Shown one piece after another: positions 54,723 to 64,000 of a stretch of DNA of 64,000 nt (position 1 is its first letter; every line of letters begins with the position of its first letter). Below the pieces are notes generated by a model, which saw only the letters and a program-made list of their open reading frames with translations, made no database searches and was not told the DNA's origin. The stretch covers positions 128,001 through 192,000 of the forward strand of contig CAVTHS010000003.1 of assembly GCA_963734535.1 (NCBI GenBank), given 5' to 3'. The position numbers and the translations under genes are program-made. The stretch is from an uncultured Chloroflexia bacterium. GTDB lineage: Bacteria > Chloroflexota > Limnocylindria > Limnocylindrales > CSP1-4.

Positions 54723-54853
54723 CACCACGCTGAAGGCAGGTGTCCGCCGCCGGCGGGCACCCGGGAGAGGAGGGTCGTCCAGGATCGCCGCGTACGAGGG
54801 AACACAAGCAAGCACGGAGCTGGCGTGATCAGCTCCCAAGAGGAGGAAGACGC

Positions 54854-55840
54854 GTGAAGTCCAAGCGCACAATGGCCGCGGGCCTTGCCGCACTCAGCCT
54901 GGTCCTGGCGGCCTGTTCGTCGGGCGCCACCGCGGCGCCGTCGAGCGCCGCCGCCTCGGCCGCGGCCAGCGGCGCCGCTGGTGCGGCCGCCTGCCAGGGC
55001 AAGACGATCGCGGTGATCGTCAAGGCCGGCACGAGCACCTACTGGAAGACGGTCGGCTCCGGCGTCGACGATGCCAAGGCCGAGTTCCCGGGCTGCACCA
55101 TCACCTTCGAAGGTCCGGACGCGGAGACGAACGTCACCGCCCAGATCGCCGAGGTCGAGGCCGCCGTCGCGAAGAAGGTCGCGGCGATCGTGATCGCCGT
55201 GACGGGCGCGGACCAGGTGCTGCCCTCGCTCCAGAAGGCCGCGGACGCCGGGATCCCGATCATCCTGATCGACACGAACAAGGACTTCGCCCCCAAGAAG
55301 GCGTTCGTCGGCACCGACAACGCGGCTGGCGGCAAGGCGGCCGGTGACTACATCGTCAAGACGGTCGGCGTCAAGGCCGGCGACACGGTCCTGATCATCC
55401 GGGGCCAGGCCGGCGACGCCGTCCACAACCTCCGCGAGCAGGGAGCGACCGACGTCCTCAAGGCGGCGGGCGCCACCGTCATCGTCCAGCCTGCCGACTC
55501 CGACCGGGCCAAGGGCCAGGCCGTGATGGAGAACGTCCTGCAGGCCAACCCGAACCTGAAGGCTGTCTTCGCCACCAACGACGAGATGGCGCTCGGCGCC
55601 CTCAAGGCCGCCCAGCAGGCCAACAAGACGATCCCGATCATCGGGTTCGACGCCAACCCGGATGCCCTCGCCTCGGTCGAGGCCGGCGGGCTGACCGGCT
55701 CCATCGCGCAGTTCCCGAAGAAGATCGGCCAGTTCGGTGTCGAGACCGCGGTCAAGATCCTCGCCGGCGAGTCCGTCGACGCCAACGTCAACACGGGCGT
55801 CGAGCTCGTGACCAAGGACAACGTCGCGAACTTCAAGTAG
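54854..55840 (+). CDS. Sugar ABC substrate-binding lipoprotein (RbsB-like)
   Basis: SD GAGGAGG, lipobox LAAC, 'FVGTDN', 'NDEMALGA', 'IGFDA'. Confidence 0.93.
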   Translation: MKSKRTMAAGLAALSLVLAACSSGATAAPSSAAASAAASGAAGAAACQGKTIAVIVKAGTSTYWKTVGSGVDDAKAEFPGCTITFEGPDAETNVTAQIAEVEAAVAKKVAAIVIAVTGADQVLPSLQKAADAGIPIILIDTNKDFAPKKAFVGTDNAAGGKAAGDYIVKTVGVKAGDTVLIIRGQAGDAVHNLREQGATDVLKAAGATVIVQPADSDRAKGQAVMENVLQANPNLKAVFATNDEMALGALKAAQQANKTIPIIGFDANPDALASVEAGGLTGSIAQFPKKIGQFGVETAVKILAGESVDANVNTGVELVTKDNVANFK

Positions 55841-55918
55841 ACCCCTTCACGCGTTCGTGGGGCGCTCAGCCGTCGCCGGCGGCGCCCCACATCTCCCACC
55901 CCCATCGGAGGTCCCAAC

Positions 55919-56935
55919 GTGTCCGCCACCATCCGGGTCGGCCTGATCGGGCTGGGCTGGCTCGGGGCCCGCCACGCCCGGCATATCGCGGCCGGGCGGC
56001 ACGGAACCCGCGCGGTCCTGGCGAGCTCCGGCGAGCGGAGCCGTCATGTCGCCGACGAGATCGGCGCTCCATGGACGGCCGACTGGACCGCGGTCGTGGA
56101 CGACCCGTCCGTCGACGCCGTCGTCGCGGCTGTCACCTCCCGGATCCACCCGGCGATCATCGAGGCCTGCGCGTCGGCCGGGAAGCCGCTCTTCGTCGAG
56201 AAGATGATCGCGCTGGACGTGCCGACGGGGCTGCGGGCGGTGGAGGCCGCGAAGCGCGCCGGAATCCTGGTCCAGGTCGGGTTCCAGCGCCGCAGCGATG
56301 CGGCCTACCTGCGGGCGCGCGCCGCGATCGGTGCCGGCGAGATCGGGACGCCCATCGCCGCCTTCAGCTGCACGCGCGATCCGCGGGGGATCACGAGCGT
56401 GAGCGTCGACTCGGGTGGCCTGCTGATGGACCTGCTGGGCCACGACTACGACGCCTGCCGCTGGCTGATCGGGGACGAGCCGGTCTCGGTCTACGCCGAG
56501 GCCCGCTGCATGGTCCAGCCCGAGCTCGAGGCGCAGGGCGACTTCGATCACGCCCGCGTCCTCGTCTCGTTCGCCGGGGGCGCGAGCGGGCTGGCCGAGG
56601 CCAGCCGGTTTGCCCGCTACGGGTACGACATCCGGGCCGAGGTGGAGGGATCGCTCGGCGAGGTGGAGATCCTCGGCGCCGAGACCATCCCGTTCGTCGT
56701 CCGTACCGAGGCGAGCGCACGATCCGAGGTCACGCCCCGGCTCCGCGACGACTGGTTCTGGAATCGCTTCCAGGACGCGTTCGGACGCGAGCTGGACACG
56801 TTCATCGACGCCGTCCGGGAGACGGCGAAGCCTGCCGCGACGCTTGACGACGGGCTCGCCGCGCTCCGGATCGGTGCCGCCGCCATCCGGTCCGTCCAGG
56901 AAGGCCGGCCTATCTCGTTGGAGGAACTGCAATGA
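55919..56935 (+). CDS. Gfo/Idh/MocA oxidoreductase
   Basis: 'GLIGLGWLG', 'FVEKM', 'GFQRR', 'HDYD', 'YGYDIRAEV'. Confidence 0.88.
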   Translation: MSATIRVGLIGLGWLGARHARHIAAGRHGTRAVLASSGERSRHVADEIGAPWTADWTAVVDDPSVDAVVAAVTSRIHPAIIEACASAGKPLFVEKMIALDVPTGLRAVEAAKRAGILVQVGFQRRSDAAYLRARAAIGAGEIGTPIAAFSCTRDPRGITSVSVDSGGLLMDLLGHDYDACRWLIGDEPVSVYAEARCMVQPELEAQGDFDHARVLVSFAGGASGLAEASRFARYGYDIRAEVEGSLGEVEILGAETIPFVVRTEASARSEVTPRLRDDWFWNRFQDAFGRELDTFIDAVRETAKPAATLDDGLAALRIGAAAIRSVQEGRPISLEELQ

Positions 56936-57981
56936 GCGCCGCTCCCGGTACCCGACTCGCCCCGCTCGCCGTCGCGGTCCTGGGGGCCGGCCGAATTGGC
57001 CGCAAGCACGCAGAGACGCTCGCCCGCCGCGTGGAAGGCTGCCGCGTGCCGTGGATCGTGGAGCCGCTCGAGGACGCAGGCCGCGCCTGCGCCGCCGATG
57101 TCGGGGCCCAGTGGACGTCCGACCCGGCGCGCGCGATCGCGGACCCGTCGGTCGACGCGGTCCTGATCGCGACGCCGACGAACACGCATGCCGACCTGAT
57201 CGAGATGGCGGCCTCCCATGGCAAGCCGATCCTGTGCGAGAAGCCGATCGATCTGACCATGGAGCGGACGCTCGCCGCGATCGGTGCCGCCGAGAGGGCC
57301 GGCGTGCCCCTCCAGATCGGCTTCCAGCGCCGTTACGACCCCTCGTACGTGCGTGCCCGCCGGATGATCGAGGAGGGCGCGGTCGGGACCATCGAGCTCG
57401 TCACGGCAACCAGCCGCGACCCGCAGCCGGCGCCGATCTCCTACCTGAAGGTGTCCGGCGGGATCTTCCGGGACGCCTCGATCCACGACTTCGACGTCGT
57501 GCGCTACCTCACGGGCCACGAGGTCGTCGAGGTGTTCGCCTACGGCGCCGCGCTCGTGGACCCGGCGATCGGCGAGATCGGCGACGCGGACACGGTGGTC
57601 GCGTCCCTCCGGTTCGACAACGGGGCGCTGGGCGTCGTGACGGCCTCGCGCCGCGCGGTCTACGGCTACGACGTCAGCACCGAGGTGTTCGGCTCTGCCG
57701 GCAAGGTCGTGGTCGGGGAGGCCCCGGAGACGCTGGTGCGCCGCTATGGCAAGGACGGGGTGACCCGCGACAACATCTTCTGGTTCCTGCAGCGCTTCGA
57801 GGAGTCCTACGTGGCCGAGGTGGAGGACTTCGTGGCCTGCCTTCGGGAGGGCCGAGCGCCTCGCATCACCGGCGAGGACGGGCGGGCCGCGCTCGCCATC
57901 GCCGACGCCGCGACGCAATCCTTCAAGGAGGGACGGCCGGTCGCCGTGGCGAAGCGGCCCGTCCCGGCGGGCGCGGCGTAG
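56932..57981 (+). CDS. iolG: Inositol 2-dehydrogenase
   Basis: 'GAGRIG', 'CEKP', 'GFQRRYD', 'SRDP', 'SGGIFRDASIHDFD', 'YGYD..TEVFGS'. Confidence 0.85.
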   Translation: MSAAPGTRLAPLAVAVLGAGRIGRKHAETLARRVEGCRVPWIVEPLEDAGRACAADVGAQWTSDPARAIADPSVDAVLIATPTNTHADLIEMAASHGKPILCEKPIDLTMERTLAAIGAAERAGVPLQIGFQRRYDPSYVRARRMIEEGAVGTIELVTATSRDPQPAPISYLKVSGGIFRDASIHDFDVVRYLTGHEVVEVFAYGAALVDPAIGEIGDADTVVASLRFDNGALGVVTASRRAVYGYDVSTEVFGSAGKVVVGEAPETLVRRYGKDGVTRDNIFWFLQRFEESYVAEVEDFVACLREGRAPRITGEDGRAALAIADAATQSFKEGRPVAVAKRPVPAGAA

Positions 57982-58030
57982 GCTCACGGTCGGCAGCGGA
58001 CGGATGCCCGGTTCCGAACCGGCGCGCCCG

Positions 58031-59965
58031 ATGAGCGTGACGATCCGCGAGGTCGCCCGGCGGGCGGGCGTCTCGACGGCCACCGTCAGCCGGATCCTGT
58101 CGGGCGCTTCGACCTCGCGGCCCGGGACGGTCGCTGCCGTGCGTGCGGCGGCCGAAGCGCTCGATTACCGCCCCTCGAGCATCGCCCGCTCGCTCAAGAC
58201 ACGGGTGGCCCGCACCCTGGGCCTCATCGTCACCGACGTTCACGATCCGTTCTTTCCGGAGCTGGTCGCCGCCGTCGAGGATGCGGCCTGGGAGCACGGG
58301 CTCCGGATCATCCTGTGCAACGGGGCACGCGACCCGAGGCGCGAGGCCGACTACCTGGCGCTCCTCCAGGACGGGCGCGTTGACGGGCTGATCGTCGCCG
58401 CCGGCCACGTGACCGACGCGTACGCGGCGCAGCTCGCGGGGTCGGCCGTCCCGGTCGTCATCGTCAACAGCGAGCGGGCCGACCTGGGCGTGCCCACGAT
58501 CGGATCCGACAACCGGGGTGGGGGACGCCTGGCAGCCGAGCACCTGCTGGGGCTGGGCCACACACGCGTCGCCGTGGTCACCGGCCCGGCGGAGCGCGCC
58601 GACTCCGCGGACCGGGTCCAGGGCGCCCTTGACGCCCTGGCGGAGGCGGGCATCGCCCGCGACGACGTCCCCGTCATCCTCGGCGTTGGTCCGGGCACGG
58701 GCGGGGGATCCATCGACGAGCTGCTCGCCGAGCGGCCCGATATCACGGGCCTGGTCTGCTACAACGACGTGACCGCCATCGAGGTGATCCGGACGCTCCG
58801 GGCCGGCGGGCGGCGCGTCCCCGGGCAGGTCAGCGTGGTCGGCTTCGACGACATCGACGCCGCCGCCTGGGTGGAGCCGCCCCTCACGACGATCGTCCAG
58901 GAGAAGGCGGAGATGGGTCGCTGGGCCGTCCGCCGGCTCGTGGAGGGCATCACCGGCGCGGGATCCGCTGCGAGCGCCATCGAGCGGGTCGTCCTGCCTG
59001 TCTCGTTGTCCGTGCGGGGCTCGACGGGACCAGCGCCGCGGTCCGCCGACCGTGCCGAGGCCGAGGCCGCGGCCTCGGCCGCACCCCTGCCGCCCCGTCC
59101 GGCCTGGACGACGCGGCCCTCGCCGCTCCTGCGGCGGGCGTCCGCCCCCGGCCGGGACGGCGCGATCGTCGCCGTGGATGCTGCGTCGGCGGGCTGGTCG
59201 CACGTCGCCTTCGCCGCTTACCGCCTGCGAGCCGGGCAGGCGGTTCGCTGCCCCGCCGATGATCGCGAACGGCTGGCGCTCGTCCTCGAGGGCCGGGCCC
59301 GGGTCCGAGCCGGCGCGGAGGACTTCGGGATCGTCGGATCACGGACGACCGTGTTCGACGGCCCGCCCCCGCCCGTCGTGCTCGTGGAGCCCGGGCGTCC
59401 GGTCGAGATCGTGGCCGAGTCGGCCGCCCTGGTCGTCGTGGCGAGCGCGCCGGGGGGATCCGTCCGGCGCACGGCGTGCGTGCCGCCCGCGGAGATCCTG
59501 GTGGAAACCCGGGGAGCCGGCCAGACGGAGCGGCGTATCCACCACCTGCTGCCGCCGTCCGCCGAGGCCGGCCGCCTGATCGCCTTCGAGGTCTTCACGC
59601 CGGGCGGCAACTGGTCCAGCTACCCGCCCCACAAGCACGACACGGAGGATCCGCCGCGGGAGGCGCTCCTCGAGGAGCTCTACTTCTACCGGTTCGCCCG
59701 GCCGCAGGGCTTCGCGTTCCAGCGCGTCTACACGCCCGACCGATCGCTCGACGAGGTGATGGCGCCGGGCGACGGCGACCTGGTCCTGGTGCCCGCGGGC
59801 TACCACCCGGTCGGCGCTCCCGCCGGCTACGACTGCTACTACCTGAACGTCATGGCCGGCCCGAACCGAGCGTGGCACTTCAGCGTGGACCCGGACCACG
59901 CCTGGCTCATGAACTGGGATCCGGCGGCACCGCAGGCATCGCGCCCCGGGAGCGATCCCCGTTGA
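58031..59965 (+). CDS. iolB: LacI-family regulator fused to 5-deoxy-glucuronate isomerase (IolB)
   Basis: N-terminal 'TIREVARRAGVSTATVSR' HTH and effector domain ending 'VRGST'; then IolB 'EVFTPGGNWSSYPPHKHD', 'LEELYFY', 'GYHP', 'YYLNVMAGP' in one ORF. Confidence 0.85.
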   Translation: MSVTIREVARRAGVSTATVSRILSGASTSRPGTVAAVRAAAEALDYRPSSIARSLKTRVARTLGLIVTDVHDPFFPELVAAVEDAAWEHGLRIILCNGARDPRREADYLALLQDGRVDGLIVAAGHVTDAYAAQLAGSAVPVVIVNSERADLGVPTIGSDNRGGGRLAAEHLLGLGHTRVAVVTGPAERADSADRVQGALDALAEAGIARDDVPVILGVGPGTGGGSIDELLAERPDITGLVCYNDVTAIEVIRTLRAGGRRVPGQVSVVGFDDIDAAAWVEPPLTTIVQEKAEMGRWAVRRLVEGITGAGSAASAIERVVLPVSLSVRGSTGPAPRSADRAEAEAAASAAPLPPRPAWTTRPSPLLRRASAPGRDGAIVAVDAASAGWSHVAFAAYRLRAGQAVRCPADDRERLALVLEGRARVRAGAEDFGIVGSRTTVFDGPPPPVVLVEPGRPVEIVAESAALVVVASAPGGSVRRTACVPPAEILVETRGAGQTERRIHHLLPPSAEAGRLIAFEVFTPGGNWSSYPPHKHDTEDPPREALLEELYFYRFARPQGFAFQRVYTPDRSLDEVMAPGDGDLVLVPAGYHPVGAPAGYDCYYLNVMAGPNRAWHFSVDPDHAWLMNWDPAAPQASRPGSDPR

Positions 59966-60027
59966 GCGTCGCCGTCGATCGCGTCGCTGCCGACGCGCCC
60001 GGGAGCTGCGCTAGAATGACGCCCCGT

Positions 60028-60103
60028 GGCTGGGTAGCTCAGTTGGCAGAGCAAGCGGCTCATAATCGCTAGGTCACAGGTTCGAGTCCTGTCCCAGCTA
60101 CCA
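60028..60103 (+). tRNA. tRNA-Met(CAT), elongator type most likely
   Basis: GGCTGGG/CCCAGCT acceptor stem, anticodon arm AGCGG-CTCATAA-TCGCT, GGTTCGAG T-loop, CCA. No C1 mismatch or GGG/CCC initiator pairs. Confidence 0.95.
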
Positions 60104-60119
60104 CCGAATTGCACCCACT

Positions 60120-60145
60120 GCGGCCGGCCCGGGCGGGCCGGCCGC
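60120..60145 (+). terminator. GC hairpin after tRNA-Met
   Basis: GCGGCCGGCCC-GGGC-GGGCCGGCCGC, no U tract. Confidence 0.45.
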
Positions 60146-60211
60146 CGAGATTCCGGCCCCGCCGCGACCTTGCACGGAGATCCGGGCCGGATCACCGAGA
60201 TTCCGGCCCCG
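60145..60211. repeat. 17-bp direct repeat, 50-bp period
   Basis: CCGAGATTCCGGCCCCG at 60145-60161 and 60195-60211; degenerate copy GAGATCCGGGCC at about 60177. Confidence 0.75.
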
Positions 60212-60397
60212 GTGCCCTGCGCCGTCCGTGGGGGACATCCGACCGCGCCTCGCCTGCGTACAGACAGGCAGTGGCCATGCACGTCGGGCGCTCATCGGGC
60301 GTCGTGGGCGTCCCGAAGGGGTCCTCCGAGAGGGCGGCTATACTCACAGACCTGACGTTGGCGGAGCGCCGCCGGCGCAACTGACCCGGAGGCCAGG

Positions 60398-62308
60398 TTG
60401 AACGGCAAGTTCTTCCGCAACGGAATCGTGATGCTCGTCCTCGTGGTGGGCACCGTCGCGTTGCTCTATACATTCCTCGTCTCGCCGACGAGCGATACGG
60501 CCAAGCCCTATTCGGCCTACCTTGCCGACGTCAGGGCGGGCCTCGTCACGAACGTCACCCAGCAGGATCTCACGCTCACCGTGACGACGACGGGCAACCC
60601 CGCCTCGAAGTACACCTCGGTGGTGCCCGGGATCGGCGTCCAGAGCGCGTTCCAGGACACCGTGGACGCAGCGAAGGCGGGTGGGCAGGACCCGAACAAG
60701 ATCGTCTTCACTGCCATGAAGGCGTCGGATGCAGGCCAGTGGGTCAACCTCCTGGTCGGCGCCCTCCTGCCCGTCCTCCTGATCGGCGGCTTCCTCTTCT
60801 TCATGATGCGGCAGGCCCAGGGCACCAACAACCAGGCACTGTCCTTCGGCAAGAGCCGGGCCCGAATGTTCCTGGGCAACAAGACGGTCGTGACCTTCGC
60901 CGACGTCGCAGGCGTGGACGAGGCCAAGACGGAGCTCCAGGAGGTCGTGGAGTTCCTCAAGTACCCCGAGAAGTTCAACTCGCTCGGCGCGCGAATCCCG
61001 CGCGGCGTGCTCCTCGTCGGCCCGCCGGGAACCGGCAAGACGCTGATGGCCCGCGCGGTCGCCGGCGAGGCAGGCGTGCCGTTCTTCTCGATCTCCGGCT
61101 CGGAGTTCGTGGAGATGTTCGTGGGCGTCGGCGCCAGCCGCGTGCGCGACCTGTTCGACCAGGCCAAGCGCAACGCACCCTGCATCGTCTTCGTGGACGA
61201 GATCGACGCGGTCGGGCGCCAGCGCGGCGCGGGCCTCGGCGGCTCCCACGATGAGCGCGAGCAGACGCTCAACCAGATCCTCGTCGAGATGGACGGCTTC
61301 GACACCGCGACGAACGTCATCGTGGTCGCAGCCACCAACCGGCCCGACGTCCTCGACCCGGCGCTCCTGCGCCCCGGTCGCTTCGACCGCCAGGTGATCC
61401 TCGATCGCCCGGACATGAAGGGCCGCGTCGAGATCCTGCGCGTGCACTCGAAGGGCAAGCCGCTCGACAAGGCGTTCTCCGTCGAGGAGGTCGCCAAGCA
61501 GTCGCCGGGCTTCTCCGGGGCCGACCTCGCCAACCTCGTCAACGAGGCCGCGATCCTCGCCGCGCGCCGGAACAAGAAGCTCATCGGCATGCCCGAGTTC
61601 CAGGAGGCGCTCGAGCGCATCGTGGCGGGTCCCGAGCGCAAGAGCCGGGTGATCTCGGACGCCGAGAAGCTGATCATCGCGTACCACGAGGGTGGCCACG
61701 CCGTGGTCCAGCGGATCCTGCCGAAGTGCGACCCCGTGGCGAAGGTCACGATCATCAGCCGCGGGATGGCCCTCGGCTACACCATGGCCCTCCCGTCGGA
61801 GGACCGCTACCTGCAGAGCAAGACCGAGTTCGAGGACAAGATCGCCGGCATGCTGGGTGGCAACGCCTCGGAGCGGCTGGTCTTCGGCGACACGACGACC
61901 GGCGCCTCCAACGACATCGAGAAGGCCAGCGACCTTGCGCGCCGGATGGTCACCGAGTTCGGCATGAGCGAGAAGCTCGGCCCGCTCGCCTTCGGCAAGC
62001 ACGACGAGATGGTCTTCCTCGGTCGCGGCATCGGCGAGCAGCGCAACTACTCGGACGACGTCGCCCGCCAGATCGACGACGAGGTACGGCTGATCATCGA
62101 CAGCGCATACGCCCGGGCCCAGGACGTCCTGACCCGGCACCGTGACAAGCTGGACGCGCTCGCCGCCCAGCTCGTCGAGAAGGAGACGCTCGACGCCACG
62201 GAGTTCGAGGCGCTCTTCAGCGACCTGCCGCCGAAGGAGCCGATCCACGGCATCGTGCCGAAGCTCGAGTCGGCCGGCGTCCCGGCCGGCGCGCCCCAGC
62301 CTGCCTGA
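60398..62308 (+). CDS. ftsH: ATP-dependent zinc metalloprotease FtsH
   Basis: Two TMs, 'FGKSRAR', 'GPPGTGKT', 'DEREQTLNQ', 'RPGRFDR', HEGGH. TTG start after GGAGG. Confidence 0.98.
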   Translation: MNGKFFRNGIVMLVLVVGTVALLYTFLVSPTSDTAKPYSAYLADVRAGLVTNVTQQDLTLTVTTTGNPASKYTSVVPGIGVQSAFQDTVDAAKAGGQDPNKIVFTAMKASDAGQWVNLLVGALLPVLLIGGFLFFMMRQAQGTNNQALSFGKSRARMFLGNKTVVTFADVAGVDEAKTELQEVVEFLKYPEKFNSLGARIPRGVLLVGPPGTGKTLMARAVAGEAGVPFFSISGSEFVEMFVGVGASRVRDLFDQAKRNAPCIVFVDEIDAVGRQRGAGLGGSHDEREQTLNQILVEMDGFDTATNVIVVAATNRPDVLDPALLRPGRFDRQVILDRPDMKGRVEILRVHSKGKPLDKAFSVEEVAKQSPGFSGADLANLVNEAAILAARRNKKLIGMPEFQEALERIVAGPERKSRVISDAEKLIIAYHEGGHAVVQRILPKCDPVAKVTIISRGMALGYTMALPSEDRYLQSKTEFEDKIAGMLGGNASERLVFGDTTTGASNDIEKASDLARRMVTEFGMSEKLGPLAFGKHDEMVFLGRGIGEQRNYSDDVARQIDDEVRLIIDSAYARAQDVLTRHRDKLDALAAQLVEKETLDATEFEALFSDLPPKEPIHGIVPKLESAGVPAGAPQPA

Positions 62309-62314
62309 CGTCGC

Positions 62315-63698
62315 GTGACGGACGCCGCCCTCGAGTCTCACCTCGTCGCGACCGCGGAGCGGCGCCTCGCGCGATATCTCGACTTTCTCCGGATCCCGAG
62401 CATCAGCGGGATCCCCGAGCACGCCGCGGATTGCCGTCGGGCGGCAGACCAGCTGGCCGGCGACCTTCGGGCCGCGGGCCTCGAGCACGTTGACGTCAGC
62501 GAGACGGGCGGGCACCCGGTCGTGTACGCCGACTGGCTCCACGCGGCCGGTGCGCCGACGGTGCTCCTGTACGGCCACTACGATGTCCAGCCCGTCGATC
62601 CGCTCGACGAGTGGCAGTCGCCGCCGTTCGAGCCGATCGTGCGGGACGGGCGCGTCCTCGCCCGCGGCGCGTCCGACGACAAGTCGAACATCTCCATCGC
62701 GCTGGCGGCCGCCGAGGCCCTTCTCGCCACGCGTGGCGCGCTCCCGGTCAACCTGCGCTTCGTCTTCGAGGGCGAGGAGGAATTCGAGCTCCGTCCACCT
62801 GGAGCCGTGGCTGGCCGGGAACGCTGCGCGGCTCGCGGCCGACGTGGCCCTCGTCGCGGACTCCGGCTTCTTCGCCGGGAACCTTCCCGCGATCACGGTG
62901 GGCCTGCGGGGCCTGGCGGCGGCCGAGATCCACGTCCGCGGACCGTTCCAGGACGTCCACTCGGGTGTCTTCGGTGGCGCGATCGAGAACCCGATCAACG
63001 CGCTCGCCTCGATCATCGCCGGGCTCAAGGGCGCCGATGGCCGGATCCGCATCCCGGGCTTCTACGACGACGTCGTGGCCCTCTCGGACGCGGAGCGGGT
63101 CGGGTTGGCAGCCCTCCCGCTCGACGAGGAGGCGCTCCGCGTCGAGCTCGACGTCCCCGCGCTCGTCGGAGAGTCCGGCTGGACGACGACGGAGCGGCGC
63201 GGCGCTCGCCCGACCCTGGACGTGAACGGGATCTGGGGCGGCTTCTCGGGGGAGGGCACCAAGACGATCATTCCCGGACGTGCCCACGCCAAGATCACCT
63301 GCCGGCTGGTCGCGAACCAGGACCCGGACCGCATCTTCACCCACCTCCGCGACTACGTGATGCAGATCGCGCCGCCCGGCGTCCGCGTCGAGGTGGTCTC
63401 GGCCGGCGGCGGACGGCCGACGCTGACGCCGCACGACCAGCCGGCAACCCGGGCATTTGCGCGCGCCCTCGAGGCGACGTTCGGCCGCGCGCCCCTGTTC
63501 GTCCGGGAAGGCGGCTCCATCCCCGTGGCGGCCAGCTTCGCCTCGATCCTGGGCCTGCCCGTCACGGTCATGGGGTTCATGCCGCCCAACGGCAACTTCC
63601 ACGCTCCGAACGAGTGGATGGACATGGGGAACTTCGAGACGGGGATCCGGGCGCTCGCGGCGTTCTTCGACGAGTTCGCGGCGAATCCGGGGGCGTAG
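62315..63698 (+). CDS. M20/M25/M40 dipeptidase, frameshift near 62783
   Basis: 'YGHYDVQP', 'ARGASDDK', 'EGEEE' then, in the +1 frame, 'GLRG', 'DVHSG', 'GGSIP', 'HAPNE'. Confidence 0.9.
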
Positions 63699-63834
63699 GC
63701 GCGACCCGGAGGTCCGGGACGCCGGGGGCACTTCCGAGGGGTGATCCGGCACCGGCCCGGTGCTACGATGGCCGGACGGGGACGATCCCGTTGCCTCGGC
63801 ATTCCAGGGAGCGTGATACCGCGTGAGCACCGAG

Positions 63835-64000
63835 ATGGAGCGCCCAGCCACCGGGCCCAACGCCGAGTGGCGCCTCGATTCGTCGACCGGGAGCCTGGTC
63901 CCCCGCTCGGCCCTGGACGTGCTGGTCGACCTCAACGATCGGATCTCGAGCGGGAACCTGGCTGACTACCAGGCCGTGCCCCTCGGCTTCACCCCGCTCG
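63835..64000 (+). CDS. Partial CDS, possibly a DnaB-C/RecA-like ATPase
   Basis: Open frame MERPATG...AVPLGFTPL runs off the window. The end resembles the 'VPTGF..LD' motif before RecA-fold Walker A. -10 TACGAT upstream. Confidence 0.4.
   Translation, partial: MERPATGPNAEWRLDSSTGSLVPRSALDVLVDLNDRISSGNLADYQAVPLGFTPL

Noticed and set aside
54738-54836. Two hairpins upstream of the sugar-binding protein gene
   Set aside because: No riboswitch signature; consistent with ordinary mRNA-stabilising or processing stems in ABC operons.
60028-60103. Initiator tRNA-fMet or tRNA-Ile2
   Set aside because: It lacks the C1:A72 mismatch and the three G-C anticodon pairs. The GGCU acceptor start fits elongator Met, though Ile2 is not fully excluded.
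60145-60211. Mini-CRISPR (repeat-33 bp-repeat)
   Set aside because: The repeat is only 17 bp with two copies, and there is no leader or cas gene.
60344-63052. Long antisense ORFs (also 1057-2559, 6183-8252, 28857-31289, 31560-34172, 49300-51459)
   Set aside because: GC-rich shadow frames opposite well-supported genes, with no recognisable motifs.

Overview
Very GC-rich bacterial chromosomal segment, densely coding and mostly on the + strand. It holds about 50 CDS, two tRNAs and a T-box riboswitch. I see no prophage, IS, integrase or CRISPR array. The gene mix (Gram-positive-type T-box, actinobacterial-like fhaA-fhaB-rodA-pbpA, DUF4446) suggests a monoderm such as a Chloroflexota lineage; this is inference only. 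Gene order: holin-like/DUF3618 pair, tRNA-Leu, tig-clpP-clpX, GH13 glucosidase, T-box-valS, a zinc-ribbon/FmdB/BldC-like cluster, a giant repeat-rich zinc-ribbon protein divergent from fhaA-fhaB-rodA-pbpA, moxR-DUF58-transglutaminase, a non-canonical serine operon, vapBC, rarA, a UvrD-nuclease fusion, M20/agmatinase/methyltransferase, an orphan CpaE-like gene heading a murI-zincin-2HADH-ychF-pfkB run, mrfAB-like repair genes, ftsB-like, an inositol-type catabolic cluster ending in a LacI-IolB fusion, tRNA-Met, ftsH and a dipeptidase. Best leads: (1) the LacI-IolB fusion with a candidate operator; (2) matching GGAACC-N16-CGT ECF-type promoters in front of the FHA/cell-wall and MoxR/transglutaminase operons; (3) a structured, guanidine-III-like leader before the ureohydrolase gene. 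Several single-base frameshifts look like assembly errors rather than pseudogenes. All calls come from motif recognition by eye; no searches were run.
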